DNA from: Obrimoposthia wandeli
Lineage: Eukaryota
DNA length: 64,000 bases
NCBI GenBank assembly: GCA_977020255.1
Contig: CDROCS010004529.1
Span: 62,001-126,000 of the forward strand
Direction: 5' to 3'
The translations under genes and the position numbers were made by a program. The notes beneath the pieces are model-generated. The model saw only the letters and a list, made by a program, of their open reading frames with translations. It was not told the origin of the DNA and ran no database searches. Below are positions 28,660 through 38,391 of the stretch, piece by piece (position 1 is the stretch's first letter; each line of letters starts with the position of its first letter).

Positions 28660-28883
28660 GTTTATTCCATCGAATTGATTGAATTCAAGTTAATATTGAA
28701 CTTGAATTTATAAGCAAACTAAAATTAGAAAAATCAATAAAGTGCTTATCGCTATTTTCAGATTTGAGCCATGATTTTTACATCATTAAAATTGGCTGAG
28801 CAGTTTACCTGCAGTAGCTTAAAAATGTTACCTAAAGCGTGTTATTAAGCAAATTAAGTTATCTCATATAACAGAGGTTTAAA

Positions 28884-30194
28884 TCACTTTTTACAAGGCT
28901 GTGCCAGCATCGGTAAATCACCCGACAAACCCATCGCTTGCATCATGATATGTTGCTTAACTGGCTGTGCTTTATTTAACAGCTTCATACCTAAATTGCG
29001 GGCAATAATTAAAGGTGCGGGTTGCGGATCAAATAGCCACTTAAAACCTTGCATACTTGCCGACATCTTTAAGTTTTCGCTATAGCGAGCGCGCTCAAAA
29101 CGTTTTAAGATTGCGTAACTCGCAAAAGGGCTTCTTTTATCATTAGCCGTTTTCAATACTTGCGCTAGCTGCGCCACATCTAACAAACCTAAGTTTACCC
29201 CTTGCCCTGCCAGCGGGTGAATCGTGTGCGCTGCATCACCTACTAATGCTAATCCTGCTTGTACATAATGCTTAGCATGGCGATGGCGCAATGGAAATAC
29301 TGCACGCTTTGACACAGCATTAATTGACCCCAAACGCTGTTCAAATGCTCTCGCTAGCTCAATCCTAAATTCACTTTCATCCATCGCCATCAATTGCGCA
29401 GCTTGTTCAGGCGTTGTTGACCAAACAATGCTACATAAATTTTTATCAGCTAAGGGTAAAAATGCCAATGGGCCGGTTGCGGTAAAGCGCTGCCAAGCCG
29501 TATTTTGGTGCGGCTCAGCGGTAGCCACTGTTGCTACAATTGCATGGTGCCCGTAATCGCGTTGCCAAAGCTCAATGGCTGCTAGTTGGCGAACTTTAGA
29601 CATTGCTCCGTCTGCACCCACAACAACTTTCGCACTATAATTTACTGCTTTCACCTGCTCGTTTTCAGCCAGTGTTTGGCAGGTAATTACTCTTTTATCA
29701 TCGACAACATCGCCTATATCTACGACGCTGGTGTTGCTTTCAATGGTAATATTACGTTGCTGGCAAGTGGCGATTAACGCAGCAAGAACAACGCTATTCT
29801 CAACGATATGACCTAAACTATCTTCGTAAAGCTGCGCACTTGAGAAATCAATGTGCCCTGTGCCTTCACCATCCCACACTTTCATGTGTTGGTAAGGGGA
29901 TAAACGACAAACGGCAATTTTTTCCCAAACACCTAAATTGTCTAAGATATTTTGCGAAGCTCTCGTTAGTGCGCTTACTCTATTATCATAACTGTGGATA
30001 TCAGCGCTAGATTGCTGCAAATCTGTCATTGTATTGGCAAGAGTTAAAAACTTAGCATCACGTCCATCAACAACCAATACACTAAAACCACTTTTTTGTA
30101 GGGCTAGTGCAGCCGTTAGCCCTACCATACCGGCGCCAACAACGATCATATCGTATATCATATCTAACGCTGAATTTGTTGCATCGCTGTGCAT
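28884..30194 (-). CDS. ubiI: UbiI/VisC-type ubiquinone biosynthesis FAD hydroxylase
   Basis: VVGAGMVG, RVSAL, VGADG, GDAAHTIHPLAGQGVNLGLLD; directly downstream of ubiH. Confidence 0.8.
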   Translation of the reverse strand: MHSDATNSALDMIYDMIVVGAGMVGLTAALALQKSGFSVLVVDGRDAKFLTLANTMTDLQQSSADIHSYDNRVSALTRASQNILDNLGVWEKIAVCRLSPYQHMKVWDGEGTGHIDFSSAQLYEDSLGHIVENSVVLAALIATCQQRNITIESNTSVVDIGDVVDDKRVITCQTLAENEQVKAVNYSAKVVVGADGAMSKVRQLAAIELWQRDYGHHAIVATVATAEPHQNTAWQRFTATGPLAFLPLADKNLCSIVWSTTPEQAAQLMAMDESEFRIELARAFEQRLGSINAVSKRAVFPLRHRHAKHYVQAGLALVGDAAHTIHPLAGQGVNLGLLDVAQLAQVLKTANDKRSPFASYAILKRFERARYSENLKMSASMQGFKWLFDPQPAPLIIARNLGMKLLNKAQPVKQHIMMQAMGLSGDLPMLAQPCKK

Positions 30195-30204
30195 TTATAA
30201 AACC

Positions 30205-31458
30205 TTATTTAAGATTGGACATGGGACTTGCCAAACCCATCGCCATACGTGAAAAAATTGTTTTGGCGCTTGGGCAAACATCTAAACCTTGCAAGCCTAT
30301 ATCTCTAATGAGCGCTTGCACTGGATTAGCATTACTAAACATGCGCATGCTGACATCACTAAAGCCAATGGTCGCTTTTTGATCTGCTGACCGATTTTGC
30401 AAATAGGCATCTAATATGCTGTAGTCACCTAAATTATGGCCTTTGCGAGAAGCATCTATCAAATGCTCAGCTAATGCTGCCACACCGCGCAGTGCTAGAT
30501 TAAATCCTTGCCCGGCAATTGGGTGTAAAGTATGTGCAGCATTACCGATAACAACGATGCCTGAGCGTACTTGCTCTTTCACACTTTGCAATTTCAGCGG
30601 GTAGCTAAAACGTTCACCGACGCCAATAATGCGCCCAGCACGATAGCCAAAGCGCTGCTGTAGAGCACTAATAAATTCATCGTCATCCATCGCTAACATC
30701 GCCGCTATTACGGATTCAGGAATGGTCCAAATAAGACCGCTACGATGCTGTTTACCTTGGTTTAATAATGGTAATACTGCGATAGGGCCAGTATCAGTGA
30801 AGCGTTCGTAAGCTATATTTTTATGCGCTCTATCTAGGGCGATATTGCAAATGAGCGCACACTGCTCATAATCATGTTCAGTGTATTCAATGCCTAAAGA
30901 TTCTCTGATGCTTGAGCGCCCACCATCCGCCATCACGAGCAAATCTGTGGTGATGTTTTTCTCTACCTGTGCCGTTGTAATTTGCAGTTGCGTTTTACCC
31001 GCATTTCTTACAACTTTGGTAACGGTTGCCGGCTGACAAAAATCTAAACATTCGCGATTAGTATGTTGATTAATATGAGCATACAACACTTCACCTAACC
31101 ATTTGTTTTCAACCACATAACCTAGCGCTTCAACATTCTCTTGCTGTGCATTAAGCCGAGCAGCGCCAAAATGGCCTTTATCAGAAACATGGATGTGTTC
31201 TATCGCCTGCACATGCTGTTGTAATTGTTGCCAAACTGAAAGCTGTTGGAATATTTTTGCTGAGCCGTAAGCCAGCGCCGTGGCTCTTGAATCAAAGCTT
31301 GATTGGTAATCAGCCAGAGTGTTTGGTGTAGGTAGTGCATGGGGCTCTATCAGCGCGATGCTTAAGTTCTGCGCTTTGGCATGATCTAACAGTGCTATGG
31401 CAAGGCTAGACCCCACCATACCAGCACCCATAATTACAACATCATAATGCGCTTTCAT
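30205..31458 (-). CDS. ubiH: 2-octaprenyl-6-methoxyphenol hydroxylase
   Basis: SFDSRATAL, AYERFTDTGPIAVLP, GNAAHTLHPIAGQGFNLALR; downstream of pepP. Confidence 0.9.
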   Translation of the reverse strand: MKAHYDVVIMGAGMVGSSLAIALLDHAKAQNLSIALIEPHALPTPNTLADYQSSFDSRATALAYGSAKIFQQLSVWQQLQQHVQAIEHIHVSDKGHFGAARLNAQQENVEALGYVVENKWLGEVLYAHINQHTNRECLDFCQPATVTKVVRNAGKTQLQITTAQVEKNITTDLLVMADGGRSSIRESLGIEYTEHDYEQCALICNIALDRAHKNIAYERFTDTGPIAVLPLLNQGKQHRSGLIWTIPESVIAAMLAMDDDEFISALQQRFGYRAGRIIGVGERFSYPLKLQSVKEQVRSGIVVIGNAAHTLHPIAGQGFNLALRGVAALAEHLIDASRKGHNLGDYSILDAYLQNRSADQKATIGFSDVSMRMFSNANPVQALIRDIGLQGLDVCPSAKTIFSRMAMGLASPMSNLK

Positions 31459-31529
31459 TTCTCTTGTCTCTTATTGCTGATATCTTGATCGTTTTGGCTT
31501 TTTATTAAATACTTCACACTTAATAAATA

Positions 31530-32855
31530 CTAATTATTTGCCATCAAAGCTTCGATTTCTACCATTGTTTTTGGTACATCTTTAGTCATCACCTCGCAAC
31601 CGTTAGGAGTAACTAATACATCATCTTCGATGCGAATACCAATACCGCGCCAGCACTCATCTACATCCATATTATCTGCTGCTACATAAATACCGGGCTC
31701 AACTGTCATTACCATACCGGGAGCTAATATTCGCCAGTCATCATCCACTTTATAGTTGCCCACATCGTGCACATCCATCCCAAGCCAGTGGCCTAACTTA
31801 TGCATAAAGTATTCACGATAGGCTGCTGCTTCTATTAGCTCATTCACTTGTCCGTTCAACAATCCAAGCTCGACTAAACCGGTGGTGATAACCAGTACTG
31901 CATGGTCGTGAATGTCGTTCCACTGAGCACCGGGTTTCACCATATCAATACATTCAAGATTGGCTTTAAGCACTATTGCATAAAGCGCGCTTTGCTCTTG
32001 ACTAAACTTGCCATTAACAGGAAAAGTACGAGTAATATCTCCCGCATAATACTGGTACTCAGCACCTGCATCTATAAGTACCAATTCACCAGCGACTAAG
32101 CTTTGATCATTGTTAATATAATGTAAGATACAGCTGTTAACACCACCGCCAACGATACTAGGGTATGCTGCTTGCGGGCAGTTATTCATCGCAAAATGAT
32201 GTTGGATATGGGCATCAAGTTGATATTCCATGACACCGGGCTTACACATTTGCATCGCTTTAATATGCGCTTGAGCTGAAACTTTTGATGCTATACGCAT
32301 CATCTGTTGCTCGCCTGCTGATTTAAACAAGCGCATTTCGTTACTAATATCACTCAATTGAATAATATGCGAAGGTGGGATAACCCCTTGACGACTGCGC
32401 TTGCGCATATCTGCCAGCCAAGTGTGTACATTTTCGCTTAAAGCGCTATGACCCCAGTGGTAATATAAACTATCAATACCATTGAGTAGCTCAGGCACCT
32501 TTTGCGCTATTGTTTCGTTACTATAAGCAAAATCAGCGCTGTAATTTGCAAGCACTCCTTCTTCACCGCTGCGATAACCGAACCAAATTTCCATTTCTTG
32601 ATTGCGCGGTTGGCAAAATAAATGGTATTGATTTATGTTGCCATTTTTAGTGAGTAGCAATAAGGCGTCTGGTTCGTTAAACCCTGTAAAGTAAAAAAAA
32701 TCACTGTTTTGGCGGAACAAATAATCGACATCGCTATTGCGATTTACCATGGGTGACGATTGAATCAGTACAGCACTATTGTCGTCTAGCTGTTGCAATA
32801 AAGTACGACGCCGTTGTGAAAATTCAACTTGGCTAATGCTATTATTCATTTTCAT
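31530..32855 (-). CDS. pepP: Xaa-Pro aminopeptidase
   Basis: FRQNSDFFYFTGF, LIDAGAEY..YAGDITRTFP, HKLGHWLGMDVHDVG, TVEPG, GIRIEDD. Confidence 0.95.
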   Translation of the reverse strand: MKMNNSISQVEFSQRRRTLLQQLDDNSAVLIQSSPMVNRNSDVDYLFRQNSDFFYFTGFNEPDALLLLTKNGNINQYHLFCQPRNQEMEIWFGYRSGEEGVLANYSADFAYSNETIAQKVPELLNGIDSLYYHWGHSALSENVHTWLADMRKRSRQGVIPPSHIIQLSDISNEMRLFKSAGEQQMMRIASKVSAQAHIKAMQMCKPGVMEYQLDAHIQHHFAMNNCPQAAYPSIVGGGVNSCILHYINNDQSLVAGELVLIDAGAEYQYYAGDITRTFPVNGKFSQEQSALYAIVLKANLECIDMVKPGAQWNDIHDHAVLVITTGLVELGLLNGQVNELIEAAAYREYFMHKLGHWLGMDVHDVGNYKVDDDWRILAPGMVMTVEPGIYVAADNMDVDECWRGIGIRIEDDVLVTPNGCEVMTKDVPKTMVEIEALMANN

Positions 32856-32946
32856 TCCTTATTTAATTCCCAATTTATAGTCACTAAACTAAACGCCATC
32901 TTTACGCAATTTCTATTACATAATTTTCATTACGCCGATTTTTTAC

Positions 32947-33113
32947 ACAACAAGTCATTAGTGTCCGGTTTAATTTTTGTTGTTCTTTAACTCATGGATT
33001 TTACGCTAACCACAAGCATTATTTGGCAGAAAAAGCTCAATTAACTATGTTAGAAAACCACAAATCAATAAGTTAGAGAGCTTACACTTTTTAACCGGAC
33101 AGCAATGACAACA
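32947..33113. mobile_element. MITE/ERIC-like element, family A copy 2 (inverted relative to copy 1)
   Basis: Core 32962-33101 TGTCCGGTT...AACCGGACA; lies between ygfB and pepP. Confidence 0.75.
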
Positions 33114-33125
33114 TGTAGCAAAAAA

Positions 33126-33728
33126 TCAGTGCAATGTAGGGCTTGGTTCTTGTTCTGACGTTTGAGTGGAACGTTTGTTACACTCTGTAAACATAAATAC
33201 AACGCCCATACGCACATATTCAGTGAGCTCAAAAAAGTCGTTTTCACTATCTTCTGACTCTTCTAAATCAACACTCGCCACTTGTGCTATTTGGCCTAAA
33301 TCAGTAAGCATTTCTTTAGCATCAACACTCAAGCTGTTATCGGTTTGGCGCCCTTGCATACCAAAACCTGCTAAAAAACCTTGCACCCATAATCCTAGAG
33401 ATTCTACTCTTTGGCTAACTTCGTATTCATCATCAGGTAGTAATAAATCAAGCCCCATATCAAGACTTTCAAACTGCTCTAAGCTTTGCTGATAAAGCCC
33501 TACTAAGCCAACTTGGCTTGATTGTTGTGAAAACTTTTCGATATCTAAAAAGTCATTAGCCATTTGCAACCAGAGTTCATTACTTAAACGGGCACCACTA
33601 GCAAGTTGCCCACTCACTAAGCCATGCAGTTCAGCTGGGGAGACCATCGTTATTTTTTCGCTCACTAATAGATTAGCGACATCTTCAAAACTCAGTTTAT
33701 CAATATCTATCTGCTTGTCGTTACTCAT
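33126..33728 (-). CDS. ygfB: UPF0149-family protein YgfB
   Basis: SPAELHGLVSG, LLLPDD, WVQGFLAGFG, EYVRM; upstream of pepP. Confidence 0.9.
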   Translation of the reverse strand: MSNDKQIDIDKLSFEDVANLLVSEKITMVSPAELHGLVSGQLASGARLSNELWLQMANDFLDIEKFSQQSSQVGLVGLYQQSLEQFESLDMGLDLLLPDDEYEVSQRVESLGLWVQGFLAGFGMQGRQTDNSLSVDAKEMLTDLGQIAQVASVDLEESEDSENDFFELTEYVRMGVVFMFTECNKRSTQTSEQEPSPTLH

Positions 33729-34170
33729 ACGTTTCCATTTTACTTTTACTAGCCGCTTTATGGACAGCTATTTAAATACACTTTCGATCACAAATTAAAG
33801 TCTATACACTTGTTTCTTAAATTTGACCTGACAACAACTAAATATCAATGTTTGAAACATTCAAAATTTCAAACTAACAGGGCATTATCTTCACATCACT
33901 TTTGCTATCTTTTACAACAGTTTCGTTTATGAATTAAAACTAACATATATATTAAATCTGCTTTTTAGCTAAGTTAGCCGCTGCAATATATTTCCATTAC
34001 AGCATCTTAGCATTATACTTGATTCACAATTGAAATCTCTGATCTAATGCACTAATTTCGATCTGCTGCACATTTGTTTAGTACAACAAATAAGCAACGC
34101 AATCACAACAAGTGCTATTTTATCTAAATAAGTGCACTAAATTGAATAATAAAAGCTTTTGGGATACCCG

Positions 34171-34506
34171 ATGACTGAAACATATCTAGCGCAACTTGAA
34201 GTACAAATCGAGCGGTTACTGGTCCACTGTGACCACTTAGATGAAAAAATTCTGCAATTACAAAACCAAAACGAAAATGCCAATCAAGCAGAGCAAAATC
34301 GTAGAGCAGAGTACCAACAGCTAATGGCTCGTTATAATGCACTAGATAAAAACCTACAAGATATGACAGCCAAAGAACAACGAGCGAGGATCTCTGAGCA
34401 GGAATCACTGCAAGAAAAAGCCAAGTTAGTGCAGTTAAATGATCGAACCAAAAGCCATATTGAAAAAATGATTAGCCGCTTGAAAGCACTGGAGCACAAC
34501 GCATGA
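34171..34506 (+). CDS. Coiled-coil cell-division protein (ZapB-like / TIGR02449-like)
   Basis: All-helical; IEKMISRLKALEHN end; overlaps the zapA start. ATG at 34171 preferred over the TTG at 34159. Confidence 0.75.
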   Translation: MTETYLAQLEVQIERLLVHCDHLDEKILQLQNQNENANQAEQNRRAEYQQLMARYNALDKNLQDMTAKEQRARISEQESLQEKAKLVQLNDRTKSHIEKMISRLKALEHNA

Positions 34507-34808
34507 ACAAAAACGTTACCATCAAGCTATTAGGCAAAGAGTTTGTCGTGGGCTGTCCTGCCGAAAATGAGGCCGATTTATTAGCTTCAGCTAACCATTT
34601 AAACAGTAAAATGCTAGAAATTCGTGCCGGTGGTAAAATACTAGGCATGGAGCGAATAGCCGTCATGGCCGCTTTGAATATTAGCAACGAGTTCTTATCA
34701 GGAAAAATAGAGCAACGTGAGCATATGGAAGATACTATGCTGAGGTTATCTGAAAAAATTGACAAGTCATTAGCGATAAACCAAAGCAGTTTAAATAACG
34801 ACACATAA
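34503..34808 (+). CDS. zapA: Cell division protein ZapA
   Basis: VTIKLLGKEFVVGCP...ERIAVMAALNISNE. Confidence 0.92.
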   Translation: MNKNVTIKLLGKEFVVGCPAENEADLLASANHLNSKMLEIRAGGKILGMERIAVMAALNISNEFLSGKIEQREHMEDTMLRLSEKIDKSLAINQSSLNNDT

Positions 34809-35003
34809 AAGTATTCAATGCTATTAGTTTTAAAAGGCAAATGCAGTATTACCTTTTGTTATTGGATCACTAAAACTTATGCTTTCTAAAGTTAATCTAG
34901 ATCATTTATCCACTCATTCAAGCGCAGTTATTAGCTAAAACAGATTCCTATCTATCAATATCAAGGCTACAATTGCGCAAATCTATTTCAAGCGACTAAC
35001 ATT

Positions 35004-35759
35004 ATGAGCAATTCAGATAAAAACACTACTGACTTCGGCTACAAAGAAGTTCCAAGAGATGAAAAAGTAAAGCGTGTTGCCGATGTTTTTCACTCAGTTG
35101 CTGCCAAGTATGATGTCATGAATGATTTGATGTCAGCTGGAGTGCATCGTCTTTGGAAGAAGTTGACGATAGAGCAAAGCGGTGCCAGAGCTGGCATGAA
35201 AATTTTAGATATTGCCGGCGGCACTGGCGATCTAACTTTACGATTTTCCCGTATTGTAGGCCCGCAAGGCCAAGTCACATTGGCTGATATAAACGATTCT
35301 ATGCTTAAAGTAGGTCGCGATAAGCTCACCGATAAAGGCGCTGTCGCAAATATCGATTTTGTACAAGCCAATGCTGAATGCTTGCCTTTTCCTGATAACT
35401 ATTTCGACATTATCACCATTGCATTTGGCTTGCGCAACGTCACTGATAAAGATGCCGCACTACGCTCGATGCAAAGAGTATTAAAGCCTGGCGGAAAACT
35501 GATGGTTTTGGAGTTTTCTAAAACAGAGAACCCAGCACTTTCTGGTATTTATGATTTTTACTCTTTCAACATCTTGCCTAAGCTCGGCCAAGTCATTGCT
35601 GGAGATGGCGATAGCTACCAGTATTTAGCAGAATCAATACGCATGCACCCCGATCAAGAAACTTTAAAATCGATGATGATAGATGCCGATTTTGTTAATT
35701 GTAAATATCAGAACATGACCGGTGGCGTCGTTGCTCTGCATACGGGAATCAAACCATAA
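35004..35759 (+). CDS. ubiE: Ubiquinone/menaquinone C-methyltransferase
   Basis: [47 protein letters not shown]. Confidence 0.97.
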   Translation: MSNSDKNTTDFGYKEVPRDEKVKRVADVFHSVAAKYDVMNDLMSAGVHRLWKKLTIEQSGARAGMKILDIAGGTGDLTLRFSRIVGPQGQVTLADINDSMLKVGRDKLTDKGAVANIDFVQANAECLPFPDNYFDIITIAFGLRNVTDKDAALRSMQRVLKPGGKLMVLEFSKTENPALSGIYDFYSFNILPKLGQVIAGDGDSYQYLAESIRMHPDQETLKSMMIDADFVNCKYQNMTGGVVALHTGIKP

Positions 35760-35792
35760 TTCTCTTTTTTATCGTCGCTTAGGATACTTAGC

Positions 35793-36404
35793 ATGTTACA
35801 CACTGGCGCCATCCTCGTTTTAGAAAGCACTATAAATAAATTAATTGAGAGCGATATTGGTACTGCCGACGCACTTACTCAATTATCTGGAAAAGTGTTT
35901 GAGTTTGTCGTTAGTGATGCCCCTATACACTTTTATTTACTCCCTTTCGCGCAAGGTATTCAGCTTCAGCAACATTATGAGCATTCAGCTGATACCTCTT
36001 TAGCGGGCAGCTTAAGCAACTTTTGTACATTAGCGACCAGCGCGGATAAAACCAGTCAATTTTTTGGTAACGGCGTGAAAATTAGTGGCGATACACAGCT
36101 TGCCAATAAGTTACAGCGCATTCTCTCCAATGCAGATATTGATTGGGAAATGTTAACCGCGCAATTGACTGGAGATTTACTTGCCCATCAGCTGGTCAAC
36201 ATTACTAAAGGTATCAACCAGCAACTAAATAGAACCAAAGTTAGTTTTGAGCAGAATCTTGCGGAATATTTACAAGAAGAGATACATACGTTACCTGCAG
36301 GGCCTGAGGTGGATGGATTTATTCAAGATATAGATTTTTTAAGCGCTCAAACCGATCGCCTTGAAGCAAGATTTAACTTGTTACGCAATAATATCAAAGC
36401 TTAG
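35793..36404 (+). CDS. ubiJ: Ubiquinone biosynthesis accessory factor (SCP2 domain)
   Basis: VKISGDTQLA, DWEMLTAQLTGDLLAH, EYLQEE; follows ubiE. Confidence 0.88.
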   Translation: MLHTGAILVLESTINKLIESDIGTADALTQLSGKVFEFVVSDAPIHFYLLPFAQGIQLQQHYEHSADTSLAGSLSNFCTLATSADKTSQFFGNGVKISGDTQLANKLQRILSNADIDWEMLTAQLTGDLLAHQLVNITKGINQQLNRTKVSFEQNLAEYLQEEIHTLPAGPEVDGFIQDIDFLSAQTDRLEARFNLLRNNIKA

Positions 36405-36426
36405 CTCATAGCATTATCAAACTCCC

Positions 36427-36446
36427 AAGCACCTTGAAAAGTGCTT
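36427..36446. terminator. Short hairpin between ubiJ and hemJ
   Basis: AAGCAC-CTTGAAAA-GTGCTT. Confidence 0.35.
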
Positions 36447-36511
36447 AGCGGCTCACTAACATTATGCACCAACACATATTTGCCCATATATGAACTTATC
36501 CCAATAGCTCT

Positions 36512-36925
36512 CTAAAATGGTTTCACCACCACTAAAATCAAAATTGGCACAAAAATTAGTAAAGGTAGCTCATTGTACAATCGATAATAACGACTCGATT
36601 TTGCAAGTCCAACTGTTTGCATTTGTTTGACCATACGACCACAATTAAAATGATAGCCTATCAGTAATATTACAAACAATAGTTTGGCATGCAACCAAGC
36701 TCCGCTAAAACCAAACCCCAGCCACAACCAAAAGCCTAGAACAACGGTAAAGGCAGCCATTAAAGATGTAAATTTATACAGTTTTCGGCCCATTATTTTT
36801 AATCTGGCGACATCTTCTCCTGCACGGCTGCCATCTGCAAAATGTACAAATATGCGCGGCAAATACAAAATGCCCGCCATCCAGCTAGTCATTGCTAATA
36901 TATGAAACACTTTAACCCACAACAT
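36512..36925 (-). CDS. hemJ: HemJ-type protoporphyrinogen oxidase (CopD/UPF0093 family)
   Basis: LWVKVFHILAMTSWMAGILYLPRIFV, WLHAKL, YNELP, LVVVKPF. Confidence 0.85.
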   Translation of the reverse strand: MLWVKVFHILAMTSWMAGILYLPRIFVHFADGSRAGEDVARLKIMGRKLYKFTSLMAAFTVVLGFWLWLGFGFSGAWLHAKLLFVILLIGYHFNCGRMVKQMQTVGLAKSSRYYRLYNELPLLIFVPILILVVVKPF

Positions 36926-37095
36926 TGCTCTCTCCTGTCACTATGAATTCGCTGGCATTCTAGCGTAGCAAAAAATGCAGGTCTATCGCTAGATTATAAA
37001 TCTTGTCGCTTGATCATTTTGTGTAAACCTAGCAAACTAAGTCTATATTGATATTTCTTATTCTATTACCTTCTACACTTTAAAAGAGAACCTAC

Positions 37096-37371
37096 ATGAG
37101 CATATTTTCATCTTTAAAATCTTTATTTAGCACCGATAGCACACCTCAGGCACCGAGTACCATGGATAGTGAAACCTATAAAGGGTTTACTATTACGCCC
37201 GCACCCATTACTGACGGTGGTCAATTTCGAGTGAATGGCACTATAGAAAAAGATGAAAAGTCGCATCAGTTTATTCGTGCAGATGTATTGGCAAGTAAAG
37301 ATGAGTGCGCTCAAGAAATGTTGCGTAAATCTAAGCTTATGATCGATCAGGTAGGTGACGGTCTTTTTTAA
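37096..37371 (+). CDS. HlyU-family small protein
   Basis: YKGFTITPAP..GGQFRVNGTIEK..HQFIRAD...AK(S)KLMIDQ.G pattern. Confidence 0.8.
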   Translation: MSIFSSLKSLFSTDSTPQAPSTMDSETYKGFTITPAPITDGGQFRVNGTIEKDEKSHQFIRADVLASKDECAQEMLRKSKLMIDQVGDGLF

Positions 37372-37513
37372 TTTTGCTTTCACACCTTAACATTAAGGAT
37401 CAAGCATCAAGCATTTTTGTGCCTGTTAATCGTGTAATGAACAGCGATTACTATGTTCACGAGAACAATACCAGCAAAGCTCTTTTCTTTAAGGCTCCAC
37501 TAAAAGGTTCGTT

Positions 37514-38227
37514 ATGTCGAATATAGATAGCCCTGATTTGCCCATTACTGATTCATTAAATGCTTGGCAAGTTAAATTTAAACAGTTTGTGTTACAACAA
37601 ATGGACACAGACCCTGCGCACGATATCGCACATATCGAAAGAGTGGTCTCTTCAGGTATCCAACTGGCTAAATCAGAATCGGCCGACCTCAATATTGTTA
37701 TACCTGCTTGTTGGTTACACGATTGCGTCAATGTTGATAAAAAGTCACCGCTGCGCAATCAAGGGTCTCGCCTAAGCGCTGATAGGGCTATCGAGTATCT
37801 AACAGAGATTAATTATCCCGAGCAATATTTTAGCGCAATTCATCATGCTATTGCCGCACATAGTTTTTCAGCGAATATAGAGACACAAACTCTCGCAGCA
37901 CAAGTTGTGCAAGATGCGGATCGCTTAGATGCACTTGGCGCTATTGGTATGTCACGGTGTTTAATGCTCGGTGGAAGCTGGGGTAGCTCGCTTTACGACC
38001 CGTTAGATCCTTTTGCGCAAGCACGCGATTTAGATGACAAAAGAATCTGCATTGATCATTTCTTTACTAAATTAAAAGGCTTAGTAGATACCATGAAAAC
38101 TTCAGCGGGGTTGTTAGAAGCCCAATCAAGATGGAAGTTTATGGAAGTTTATTTAGAACAGCTAAGCCATGAGATAGGCGTTGAATATAAAATAATGATC
38201 GCAAGCCCTAGCTCGCTTTATTTTTAG
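37514..38227 (+). CDS. HD-domain phosphohydrolase (YedJ-like)
   Basis: DPAHDIAHIERV, LHDCV, QDADRLDALGAIG, IDHFFTKL. Confidence 0.88.
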   Translation: MSNIDSPDLPITDSLNAWQVKFKQFVLQQMDTDPAHDIAHIERVVSSGIQLAKSESADLNIVIPACWLHDCVNVDKKSPLRNQGSRLSADRAIEYLTEINYPEQYFSAIHHAIAAHSFSANIETQTLAAQVVQDADRLDALGAIGMSRCLMLGGSWGSSLYDPLDPFAQARDLDDKRICIDHFFTKLKGLVDTMKTSAGLLEAQSRWKFMEVYLEQLSHEIGVEYKIMIASPSSLYF

Positions 38228-38320
38228 GTAAGTGCTATTTAGATAACCCTTGATGATTTAGGCTACGCCTAATTCATCTCTATTAAACTGATAGCCAATT
38301 TGATAGATATATTAAATAAG

Positions 38321-38358
38321 TTGTTATAAGAGCGTCAACAAATAAGCTCTTATAACAA
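38321..38358. terminator. 13-bp perfect inverted repeat between convergent HD and pgk genes
   Basis: TTGTTATAAGAGC / GCTCTTATAACAA. Confidence 0.6.
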
Positions 38359-38391
38359 TGTATGACTAATGCTTAATTTTGAACACAAATA

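Noticed and set aside
33847-33861. Palindrome AATGTTT-G-AAACATT in the ygfB / zapB-like divergent region
   Set aside because: Short and AT-only; likely by chance in this composition.
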